Shown one piece after another: positions 18,425 through 26,579 of a stretch of DNA of 64,000 nucleotides. The notes below the pieces were generated by a model, which made no database searches, was not told where the DNA came from, and saw nothing but the letters and a program-made list of their open reading frames with translations. Each line of letters starts with the position of its first letter. Positions within the stretch are counted from its first letter, which is position 1. Origin of the DNA: Microgenomates group bacterium. Its GTDB lineage: Bacteria; Patescibacteriota; Microgenomatia; UBA12405. The position numbers were made by a program, and so were the translations under genes. The stretch spans positions 7,494 to 71,493 of the forward strand of contig JBAQNJ010000001.1 of the NCBI GenBank assembly GCA_049303675.1. Reading direction: 5' to 3'.

Positions 18425-19459
18425 TTATTTGAAGTGCGTCCCGAAAAAGCCCAAGTCAGCCGCTACCGCCTCATTCCATCCGCCTTTTAGGTTGTGATCT
18501 GCGCCTTCATACACCACTAGTTCTGCCCCAATCGCCCTAGCTACCGGCCGCTGCCATTCTAGTTTTACTTGATTATCTCTATTCCCTTGCTGAATCAATA
18601 CTGGCGCCTTGATCCAATCATAATAATTTTCAAAAGCATAGCGCCGACTGTCATAATGTTTTTGGAATTCCTCTATCACTGCCTTGACCGGACTACCCTC
18701 GTCAATTGTTGACAATACACTCTCCGGAAACGGTTGAGTCATCGGCGCCCACAAAACCGTCGGATAAGACTGCCCCGTAATTTCTAGTACCGACAAAGCA
18801 ATTTGACCCCCATTACTATGTGCCCAAATACCAATCCTATTTTTATCCACCCAAGGCAGTTGTTTAACTGACTCAATCAGATCAAGTACTTCCACTACTT
18901 TATGAAACCGTGCCTCCAACATATCACTTGATTCTGTATCAGAATGTCCATATCCCAAAAAATCCAGACTAATAGTGACATAATTTGGTTTACCCGCCGA
19001 CTGGCGGGCCAACTCATCTGCCACCTTCCAACTCCCCGACCCTACATAATATCCCTCTTTTTCGGCATACCCCCGAATCATGATGATTACTGGTACGAAC
19101 ACGCCATGGCGTGTTCCTACATCTTTTGGCATATTTATCATCCCACTCACCCATTTACCATCACTTTTAAATCTAATTTCTCTGGTTGTAAAGTCGTATT
19201 CTATTGTCCTTCTATCTTCCACTTCGGGAATATTCCCTAAAATTTCCAACTTTCTACTTTCAACTTTATGAACCTGCCTGCCGGCAGGCATGGCTTTATG
19301 AACTCGGCGAAGCTCATCAAAATCATATTTTTCTAAAAAAAAATTATTATTTATTTCTTTTTGTTTTCCTATGGGATTTATTATATTTCTCGGCCAAAAA
19401 TAAAACAGACAACCACCAAACAAAATCAAAAAAAATATTATGCCAATTTTCCTTACCAC
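18425..19459 (-). CDS. membrane-anchored alpha/beta hydrolase (S9/dienelactone-hydrolase-like)
   Basis: N-terminal TM, GIWAHSNGG nucleophile elbow, later D and H (GADHNL). Carries an in-frame 30-bp palindromic insertion (AMPAGRQVHK). Confidence 0.75.
   Translation of the reverse strand: MVRKIGIIFFLILFGGCLFYFWPRNIINPIGKQKEINNNFFLEKYDFDELRRVHKAMPAGRQVHKVESRKLEILGNIPEVEDRRTIEYDFTTREIRFKSDGKWVSGMINMPKDVGTRHGVFVPVIIMIRGYAEKEGYYVGSGSWKVADELARQSAGKPNYVTISLDFLGYGHSDTESSDMLEARFHKVVEVLDLIESVKQLPWVDKNRIGIWAHSNGGQIALSVLEITGQSYPTVLWAPMTQPFPESVLSTIDEGSPVKAVIEEFQKHYDSRRYAFENYYDWIKAPVLIQQGNRDNQVKLEWQRPVARAIGAELVVYEGADHNLKGGWNEAVAADLGFFGTHFK
19264..19303. repeat. GC-rich palindromic mini-element (CTGCCTGCCGGCAGGCATGG) with a 10-bp target-site duplication, inside a CDS
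   Basis: ctttatgaac | ctgcctgccggcaggcatgg | ctttatgaac. 30 nt = 10 codons, in-frame. The protein shows RVHK-AMPAGRQVHK-VES. Confidence 0.8.
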
Positions 19460-19462
19460 ACT

Positions 19463-19750
19463 CTATTTTACTCTAGCCGCCAACTCATCATAATAATTGT
19501 TTAATACATGAACCACTCTTTTTCCTTTTCCCTTTACAAAATATTCTCCTCCTGTCGCCAATAGTTCATCAGGGTCGATATTACACTTAGCCATGACTGC
19601 CAATTCTTCAATCGCCCTCACTTTCAAGTCAACCCCTTTCAACTCTGGCTCTCGCCTCCTCACTCTCGTAGCTGAAATAGTCAACAATGTCCCCAGTCGC
19701 GAATTCATCCCTACCCCTTCCAGAAACTGATTTTTATGACCAATATTCAT
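19463..19750 (-). CDS. hypothetical protein (95 aa)
   Basis: Intact ORF, no motifs. Confidence 0.4.
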   Translation of the reverse strand: MNIGHKNQFLEGVGMNSRLGTLLTISATRVRRREPELKGVDLKVRAIEELAVMAKCNIDPDELLATGGEYFVKGKGKRVVHVLNNYYDELAARVK

Positions 19751-19983
19751 AAAAAATCCTCCCTCACCGACAACTTACAACATCTCTATTTTAACCCTTT
19801 AAAATCTCCTGCCAACCCCCATAAAAAAGCCAGTATTCTTTATTAAAAACTAAACTTAAATGTTTTTCTAAATTCTTTCATCCCCGCTTCAATTCCATCA
19901 AAGTCTTTATCTGTCAATTTTAACTCAAATTCTTTTGTATTTTTTTTAGTTATTTTCTTCATCCCTCATTTTACCCCAAAACC

Positions 19984-20334
19984 TTGACTTTTAAGAGAGG
20001 GAGGGAGAGAATAAAGCCAATTATGGACCAAAAACTATCCCCAGAACGAAATGAAGAAATTGCTCAAGGTGGAGTGCCTTGGGATATTGGTAGTATATCT
20101 GCAGTCAAAGCTGATGTATCTGATTTGTTAGGAACAACGCCAATCACTACCGATGATTTATTTTCAATAATGGGAAAAGGATCAGGAGTTCTTACACTTT
20201 AGAAGCTCGTCATGCATTTGCAAAGAAAGCCCTTATATCATTATCAAATCGTGATGATGAACAAGTAGAAGTATTACTTGATTCTGCAGTCAAAACAATC
20301 AATGAACGTCTTGCAGCTGCCAAGAAAACATAAC
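19984..20334 (+). pseudogene. small gene apparently split by a +1 frameshift near 20200
   Basis: The 72-aa ORF stops at 20202, but the +1 frame continues protein-like (EARHAFAKKALISL...ERLAAAKKT*) to 20334 and is preceded by a GGGAGGGAGAG Shine-Dalgarno. Confidence 0.35.
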
Positions 20335-20399
20335 TCTTCTTTTTCTTTTTTTTCTGTTATACTATCCCTTGTCCTACCGAAGACAGCCGGTTTTCTAGA

Positions 20400-20509
20400 A
20401 ATAGAATATAATTCCTGCCGAGGAACAAATTAGATTTTCTAAATCTACGCCTCGTTCTTCGAGGCTTTTTTATTTTACTTTATAAACTTTCAACTTTACA
20501 AACTAACGT
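20400..20509 (+). promoter_or_regulatory. putative L10 (rplJ) leader with attenuator hairpin
   Basis: Hairpins ttcctgccgaggaa and acgcctcgttcttcgaggc followed by TTTTTTATTTT end 33 nt before the rplJ ATG. The position matches the known L10(L12)4 autoregulatory leader. Confidence 0.5.
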
Positions 20510-21028
20510 ATGAAAATCAATAAAACCAACAAAATCGTCAAGGTCGACGATGTCGTCGCCAAATTAACCAGCGCCAAATCCGCCGCTCTCGTCCAATATC
20601 AGGGTCTCAATGCCGCCAAGGTCGTTGCCCTCCGCGACAAAGTCCGTCAAACTGGTGGTACTCTCGAAGTCACCAAAAATTCCCTAATTTTTCGCGCTTT
20701 ACTCAAAATGGGCATCGCCCTACCCGAAGAATTGGTCGGGCCCACTGCCATTGCCTATTCCAACGCCGACGAAGTTGCTCCTCTCAAAGAAATTGATGCT
20801 GTCAACAAAGCTTCCGAAAAAACATTTTTCAAATATGGCATTTATGCGGGCAAACTCTTGTCCCTCGATGAACTCAAAAAATTTATTTCCCTTCCTTCAA
20901 AATCCACCCTCATTGCTCAATTTATTGGTGGACTCAAAAACCCCTTGCAACGTATGGTCTATGCTATGCGCTACAATCAGACTCGGTTAGTCATGACTCT
21001 CCAAGCCATCGCCGACAAAGGCAAATAA
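20510..21028 (+). CDS. rplJ: 50S ribosomal protein L10
   Basis: ...SAALVQYQGLNAAKVVALRDKVRQTGGTLEVTKNSL... L10 family. Confidence 0.9.
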   Translation: MKINKTNKIVKVDDVVAKLTSAKSAALVQYQGLNAAKVVALRDKVRQTGGTLEVTKNSLIFRALLKMGIALPEELVGPTAIAYSNADEVAPLKEIDAVNKASEKTFFKYGIYAGKLLSLDELKKFISLPSKSTLIAQFIGGLKNPLQRMVYAMRYNQTRLVMTLQAIADKGK

Positions 21029-21120
21029 AATTTATAAACATTCTTTATACACCTCATTTTAATTATCAAATCTGAATAAGTTTATTCTAATAAATTATTA
21101 ATTATTATTTAATAAAAAAT

Positions 21121-21504
21121 ATGGATGCAAAATTAACCAAAATCCTCGACCAAATTGCTGAATTATCAGTAATGGATTTATCTGAATTGGTCAAAGCTTT
21201 AGAAGAAAAGTTCGACGTCAAGGCTGTCGCCATGGCTGCCGCTCCCGCCGCTGGTGCTGCTGCCGGTGCCGCTGCTCCTGCCGCCGAAGAGAAGACCGAA
21301 TTTGATGTGGTCATCAGCAATGCTGGTACCAACAAAATCGCTGTCATCAAAGTTGTCCGCGAATTCAAGCCAGAACTCGGCCTCAAAGAAGCCAAGGATA
21401 TGGTCGATGCCGCCCCAGCCACTCTGGGCACCATGAAAAAAGATGCCGCTGCCGAAGCCAAGACCAAACTCGAAGCCGCTGGCGCAACAGTGGAACTAAA
21501 GTAA
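21121..21504 (+). CDS. rplL: 50S ribosomal protein L7/L12
   Basis: N-terminal dimerisation helix, Ala/Pro-rich hinge ([19 protein letters not shown]), C-terminal ...[25 protein letters not shown]... domain. Confidence 0.95.
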   Translation: MDAKLTKILDQIAELSVMDLSELVKALEEKFDVKAVAMAAAPAAGAAAGAAAPAAEEKTEFDVVISNAGTNKIAVIKVVREFKPELGLKEAKDMVDAAPATLGTMKKDAAAEAKTKLEAAGATVELK

Positions 21505-21531
21505 AAGAAATATTCTTATAATCTTTTAAAT

Positions 21532-21560
21532 ACCCGCCGCAAGGCGGGTGTTTTTGTTTA
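21532..21560 (+). terminator. intrinsic terminator after rplL
   Basis: acccgcc-gcaa-ggcgggt stem-loop followed by gtttttgttt. Confidence 0.75.
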
Positions 21561-21569
21561 TCTTTTCAT

Positions 21570-22100
21570 TTAAAACCCCTCCGGTCCCGCATCTGCGGGA
21601 CCACCTCCCCTTGACGAAGGGGAGCTTTTCAATAAAATCTCTCTTTCTCTAACCACGCTTTCTAATCTATTTCTGACATTATCCAAACCACTCATCAACT
21701 CCCTGCTATTTATTCTAATTGTTAATATATTCAAAATATCAAAATATTTATCTCTCTCATTGTCATAATATTTGTTTCTCAAATGATAGCCTCCGTCAAC
21801 TTCAACAATTAGGAGTAGCTCTGAGCAGTAAAAATCAGCTATAAACTTTCCTATTGGTTTTTGTCTAGTAAATTTGTAACCCAGCCTTCGGTTGTTTAAT
21901 ATTTCATACCACAAAATATTTTCTGTTTTTGTCGAATTAACACGACCTTTTCTAGCTAGGTTTCTCAACGTATCAAGATATTTTAAGTTTTGTCTAGCAG
22001 TCAATGCTTCCACTGGTACTAAATGTTTCACTACGTTATAGTGTTCTGTATTGTCCCCCTTCGTCAAGGGGGATACAGGGGGTTTGTTATAATCCACCAT
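21570..22100 (-). CDS. DUF559 (Vsr-like endonuclease fold) domain protein
   Basis: ...ENILWYEILNNRRLGYKFTRQKPIGKFIADFYCSELLLIVEVDGGYH... is characteristic of DUF559. Both ORF ends run through GC-rich hairpin repeats. Confidence 0.7.
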   Translation of the reverse strand: MVDYNKPPVSPLTKGDNTEHYNVVKHLVPVEALTARQNLKYLDTLRNLARKGRVNSTKTENILWYEILNNRRLGYKFTRQKPIGKFIADFYCSELLLIVEVDGGYHLRNKYYDNERDKYFDILNILTIRINSRELMSGLDNVRNRLESVVREREILLKSSPSSRGGGPADAGPEGF

Positions 22101-22494
22101 GGTTAGGCCAATAACAGAAAGTCAACAGCAAGGCCGTGCCTCCGCTCAAAGAGCCGATATTTATATGCGCCAAGAATTTCTAAATCTCAATTCTCAAACC
22201 CAACAAAAGGTAGTCGATTTACTCAAAAAGATGGATACCATTACCCGTAAACAAGATAAATGGGAAGCCCAAAAACACTTTTTTACCCAAGTTTATAAAC
22301 ATAACCAACCACTAAAAGGACTAATTGTCGACCAAAAGGGCATAGATTGGCAGGAAGTTTGTGACCAAATAAAATATTTCTGTTTTAGTGACCACGACAT
22401 GGAAGGTCTATCCTTAGTCCCCCGTCGAGTCGAACAATCCATCACTACATTTAGTTCACTGATAGAGTTGCCCCACCAAAGAGAGGACTTTTAA
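22099..22494 (+). CDS. hypothetical protein (131 aa)
   Basis: Intact ORF, no motifs. Confidence 0.4.
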   Translation: MVRPITESQQQGRASAQRADIYMRQEFLNLNSQTQQKVVDLLKKMDTITRKQDKWEAQKHFFTQVYKHNQPLKGLIVDQKGIDWQEVCDQIKYFCFSDHDMEGLSLVPRRVEQSITTFSSLIELPHQREDF

Positions 22495-22718
22495 CCTCTT
22501 GCATTTTCTTCTCCCATTATCCATAATCACCTATCAAAAGCACACCTGACACTCAAAAAGTAAGTCTCCAAAAAGTCGTCTGTAAAGAAGGTCATACCCA
22601 CCTCATCGTCACCACCCCTCTCGAAGCCCTAAAATTACGTGTCAAAAACCACTGTCCCACTCCGCCTAAACCAATTCCATTTTTCCCTCGCACTTGAGCT
22701 GCTCCACCACTTCAAAAT

Positions 22719-23807
22719 TTACATCAATTCCGTTCTCTCTTCTGCTAATTTGTCAGTCACCTCTTTAACTTTGTTCGACTTATTTCTAGGTGAAATATAA
22801 ATCGCATCATCTGTCTCCACCACCACTATTTCCTCAATACCCGCCAGTGCAATTAATTTTTTACCCGTCGATAGAACTAAGTTATCTTTACTCTCAATTT
22901 CCAAAACATCACCTTCTATTGATCCCATACTTTTCTCCATCCTATATCGGTAGACATCTTCCCATGTGGTAATATGTGCCCATTCGAAGGGCAATTGAAC
23001 TGCCATTACCTGACCTTCTTTAATCAACTCGGTCGTCATTAACTCGATTCTTCCTTTGTCAAATTTTTGATATATCTCTGCCACTTTTTGTTTTTCATCA
23101 TCTTTACCAAACACCTCTCTCAACTCATTTATTACCTCTAGCCAATCTGGTCGATATTTTTCCACGGCCGCAAAAAACTCTTTTGGTCGCCAAGTTAGGT
23201 GGTTGGTATGAGTGCCCACAATATTTTTACTCGCAATCTCCTGGACTTGTTCCAATGTCATCCGTTCACGTACTACATTGATAAACTCTTCGATTTGGTA
23301 TGCGTTCATTTGTTGACCCAACTCGATCTTGTTGCCCAGTTTCATCAGATCACTTCCAGTTTCCAAATATTTTGGCAATATTGTACCTGTTACCAACTTA
23401 CCCTCCTTTATAACCAATTTCTCTATTTCTTCAATCATATCCAAAAATCTCTCTGTTGGTTCACGAGTGCAAACAGCTTGAACATAAAAGTAGACAACTT
23501 CGTCTGGATATTTGGCAGCTACTTTGGCCATGGCAAAACAAGACGCCGGACCAGTATCCCTAGCCATGGGTTCGATAATATAATTTTCTTTAAGTATATT
23601 TGGCGTTTGCTCTTCAACATAATGCACCAAATCCTCAGTTGTGCTTACAAAAATATCCGCTGTTGAATATTTTTGTAAAAGCGAATCGACGGTTAGTTGA
23701 AACAAAGTTTTCTCACCAATTATTTTTATAAACTGTTTTGGAGCTTTTACTCGGCTTACTGGCCACAACTTACTTCCAGTACCACCTGCCATGATTACAA
23801 ATTTCAT
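22719..23807 (-). CDS. mannose-1-phosphate guanylyltransferase-like nucleotidyltransferase
   Basis: MKFVIMAGGTGSKLWPVSR N-terminal sugar-nucleotidyltransferase motif. 362 aa. Confidence 0.75.
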   Translation of the reverse strand: MKFVIMAGGTGSKLWPVSRVKAPKQFIKIIGEKTLFQLTVDSLLQKYSTADIFVSTTEDLVHYVEEQTPNILKENYIIEPMARDTGPASCFAMAKVAAKYPDEVVYFYVQAVCTREPTERFLDMIEEIEKLVIKEGKLVTGTILPKYLETGSDLMKLGNKIELGQQMNAYQIEEFINVVRERMTLEQVQEIASKNIVGTHTNHLTWRPKEFFAAVEKYRPDWLEVINELREVFGKDDEKQKVAEIYQKFDKGRIELMTTELIKEGQVMAVQLPFEWAHITTWEDVYRYRMEKSMGSIEGDVLEIESKDNLVLSTGKKLIALAGIEEIVVVETDDAIYISPRNKSNKVKEVTDKLAEERTELM

Positions 23808-23851
23808 AAGTACCCTCCATTATACAAAACCGAACTATGAATACAACTCTT

Positions 23852-23913
23852 CTGTCATTCCCATGAAAAGGGGAATATATTTAAATGGATTCCCGCCTGC
23901 GCGGGAATGACAG
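23852..23913. repeat. composite palindromic element: two tandem ATTCCC-N8-GGGAAT units with complementary outer flanks
   Basis: ctgtcATTCCCatgaaaagGGGAATatatttaaatggATTCCCgcctgcgcGGGAATgacag. Confidence 0.8.
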
Positions 23914-24933
23914 TTATATTTTTTTGCAAAAGCTATTTATATTCTCAATCGTCGTGCCAATAATTCTTCCAATCGCTTCTTGAGTATTAAATGCATTGTG
24001 AGGCGTAAATACCACATCATCCCGATCACGCAGCAAATGATAGGTCAACACTTCCTGCAAATCATCTTTAGTTGGCCGAGTACTCGACACCATCGCCACG
24101 CTCTCCAACAAGTCTTCATCCTCGGTCACATCTAGTCCCGCCCCCCATAAAATTTTGTTGCTTAGAGCCCATATAATCGCCTCAGTCTTCACCACCTTGC
24201 CTCGTGAGGTGTTGACAAGTATCGACCCTCTTTTCATCAGCCTAATATTCTTGAGATTAATCATATGCCGTGTCTCGGGTATAGCTGGGACATGCAATGT
24301 TACAAAATCTGACTGGGCTAGACATTCTTCCAGAGTCACATACTTAAAGCCCATTTTTTTGGCCAGTTTTTCGTCCCGACTTCTTTCCACTGCTAATATT
24401 TTTAGACCCAGTCCCTTGGCTATCCGAATTACATTTTGACCAATTTTACCCACTCCCACTACTCCCAAAGTCTTACCAAATATATCAAGTCCAGTTAATC
24501 CTTCAGGACTGAACTCCCCTTCTTCTACCGACTGATGTGCCGGCACAATTCTCTTGGCTACTGTCAACAGCATAGCTATAGCATACTCAGCCACCGTATT
24601 TGACCCATATGTGGGCACATTCATCACTTCTATTTTTCTTTTCTTACATTCTTCCACATCAATGTGATCCACCCCAGTCGACCGAGTGGCAATCATTTTT
24701 AAATTTGGTAATTTATCCAATATCTTTTTATCCAAATGAGAATAGACAAATACCGACACTATGTCATAATTGTTGGCCAAATCCATATCTTCGTGTAATT
24801 CTTTTTCAAAAATTCCCACCCCCACTGTATCCAAATTAATTATTTGCTCTTCAATTATTTTCCTCTCCCACGACTTCACCCCAAAAAAAGCTATTTTCAT
24901 AACTAATATTAGCACCCTTGTGGCTATACCCAT
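23914..24933 (-). CDS. D-isomer-specific 2-hydroxyacid dehydrogenase (NAD-binding)
   Basis: GVVGVGKIGQNVIRIAKGLGLKILAV Rossmann GxGxxG. Catalytic R/E/H region. Confidence 0.85.
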   Translation of the reverse strand: MGIATRVLILVMKIAFFGVKSWERKIIEEQIINLDTVGVGIFEKELHEDMDLANNYDIVSVFVYSHLDKKILDKLPNLKMIATRSTGVDHIDVEECKKRKIEVMNVPTYGSNTVAEYAIAMLLTVAKRIVPAHQSVEEGEFSPEGLTGLDIFGKTLGVVGVGKIGQNVIRIAKGLGLKILAVERSRDEKLAKKMGFKYVTLEECLAQSDFVTLHVPAIPETRHMINLKNIRLMKRGSILVNTSRGKVVKTEAIIWALSNKILWGAGLDVTEDEDLLESVAMVSSTRPTKDDLQEVLTYHLLRDRDDVVFTPHNAFNTQEAIGRIIGTTIENINSFCKKI

Positions 24934-25190
24934 CTCTCTCCAATACTATCGGCTGCTCTACCAAAATGTTTTACGGCTCTCCATGCAGGAATAACCGCCA
25001 AAGGGAAAAACACTATTCCCACCACCGTCGCTACAGCCATGCACTGTACACCTCTAATAATTTCTATCACCGGATCTTGATCTAAACTAATTCTTTGTCC
25101 TCGACGTGTTTCATCAGATTTCATCACATTTACTTCTCTCATATGTTTTATTCGAGTCATCAATAAAAATCCGGCTCGGTCGGTTACCAA
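24924..25190 (-). CDS. questionable small membrane ORF
   Basis: 88 aa with one hydrophobic segment. Overlaps the dehydrogenase start. Confidence 0.2.
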   Translation of the reverse strand: MVTDRAGFLLMTRIKHMREVNVMKSDETRRGQRISLDQDPVIEIIRGVQCMAVATVVGIVFFPLAVIPAWRAVKHFGRAADSIGERWV

Positions 25191-25266
25191 TTGGTCTACG
25201 ACTGGCCGGTTATAATTCTCTTCGATAACTCTCAGAGTAAGGCGTTGTTGTCTAAATCCTATAATA

Positions 25267-25518
25267 TCACAAACTATTTATTTTTGCAAATATCTCTTCT
25301 TTGTTCTCTTCTACAAATATTTGTTCTTGGGACAACATTTTCCCCCACTCCACTATTTGATCATCGCTCATTTTATCAATTACTGCCAATATCTTATTTT
25401 TAGAATCATCATCCAAAATATAACTACTATTTATCAAAATAATTAAAGCTTCTTTTTTATCCATATTAATTATCTGTAAATACTTTAACTGCCTCGACCA
25501 CTTGCTGCTGTCTTTCAA
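25267..25518 (-). CDS. hypothetical small acidic protein (83 aa)
   Basis: Intact ORF overlapping the upstream gene by 50 nt (operon-like). Confidence 0.35.
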   Translation of the reverse strand: MKDSSKWSRQLKYLQIINMDKKEALIILINSSYILDDDSKNKILAVIDKMSDDQIVEWGKMLSQEQIFVEENKEEIFAKINSL

Positions 25519-25990
25519 CTGGCTTACTAAAAAATTGCTCTCTAATTGCCTCTATTCCCACCTTTGCCAACCTAAATCCCTTGGTTGGAGTATTCCATAA
25601 CGTATCTATTTCAAATTGGGCCGCATCCATCAATATGGATACAGGTGTAAATCCCACCCCCGCCATATTGCAAACATCCACTATCGCATCGGGAATATTT
25701 GGATGTAATTCTAACTTTTCATTCACAATTTTTTCACCTATTATTGCTGCTCCGCTTTTTACTATTTCCGCCAATTTGTTTCCAGGAAAAAATTTTGCCG
25801 TAATAATTCCTACTAGTGCCAGTTCTCTCCCTGCCACCTTGACATAATCTTTTAACTGTTCACTTTCTACCACTGTCCTTCCAACATTACGCATTTTTTC
25901 CCACAACGTCCGTCCCACTGCCTCCGCAACCAAATCTTCAGAAACAACAATTTTTTCTTTTGCCTGTTCTTCATCAAAACTCATTTCCAA
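25466..25990 (-). CDS. hypothetical protein (174 aa)
   Basis: Intact ORF, no motifs. Confidence 0.45.
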   Translation of the reverse strand: MEMSFDEEQAKEKIVVSEDLVAEAVGRTLWEKMRNVGRTVVESEQLKDYVKVAGRELALVGIITAKFFPGNKLAEIVKSGAAIIGEKIVNEKLELHPNIPDAIVDVCNMAGVGFTPVSILMDAAQFEIDTLWNTPTKGFRLAKVGIEAIREQFFSKPVERQQQVVEAVKVFTDN

Positions 25991-26007
25991 TCATAACATA
26001 TTCACTA

Positions 26008-26122
26008 TTGACAAATTTAATGTCCTATAGTATAATAACAACAATTCTAACAACGCCTTACTCTGAGAGTTATCGAAGAGAATTATAACCGGCCAAGAAG
26101 TCATCTTGAGGCCGGTTTTTTG
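26008..26122 (+). ncRNA. candidate small RNA (approx. 80 nt) with consensus sigma-70 promoter and intrinsic terminator
   Basis: TTGACA(26008)-17 nt-TATAAT(26031), then approx. 45 nt, then aaccggcc-N15-ggccggtt stem and TTTTTT (26087-26122). No ORF. Confidence 0.45.
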
Positions 26123-26267
26123 ATGCAAAAAATTACCCTCAAGCCTTCTTTGACAATTTGGTAACAGGGAAAAAGTTGGCTACAACAAATAGGCAATCGC
26201 TGTCTATGGGTTTCTTGGTGCCAGCAATTCCCTGCTACGACTAAGGCAGATATAAAAAGGAGAAAAA

Positions 26268-26579
26268 ATGTTTAAGAATATTGTACGTTACTGTGGCGGA
26301 TTGCTAATTTTTACCTTCGGAATGATAATGTATACAATTTTTCTGGACATCAATATGCCAGAACCTATGTTACATTTTTTACTTCGTTTGGTTGTCGCTT
26401 TTTCCGCCTGCTGGATAATCATTAGACCAGCATTTGCTGTAGTTGGAATGCCATTTATGGTTCCTCTCGTTGGAGTACTATCACTACCCAACCACGAATA
26501 TGAACCTTGTAGCATTCCTATCGTGATCGCTTGTACATTCTGTCTAGCTTTGCTCTATGTAATAGTCAATAAAAAATAA
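26268..26579 (+). CDS. small multi-TM membrane protein (103 aa)
   Basis: Three hydrophobic spans. Flanked by inverted repeats gctacgactaaggcaga (26234-26250) and tctgccttagtcgctagc (26584-26601). Confidence 0.5.
   Translation: MFKNIVRYCGGLLIFTFGMIMYTIFLDINMPEPMLHFLLRLVVAFSACWIIIRPAFAVVGMPFMVPLVGVLSLPNHEYEPCSIPIVIACTFCLALLYVIVNKK

Noticed and set aside
22500-22718. Start-less 58-codon open frame between the 131-aa gene and the nucleotidyltransferase gene.
   Set aside because: No start codon or SD. Probably non-coding spacer or a decayed gene remnant. Insufficient support.
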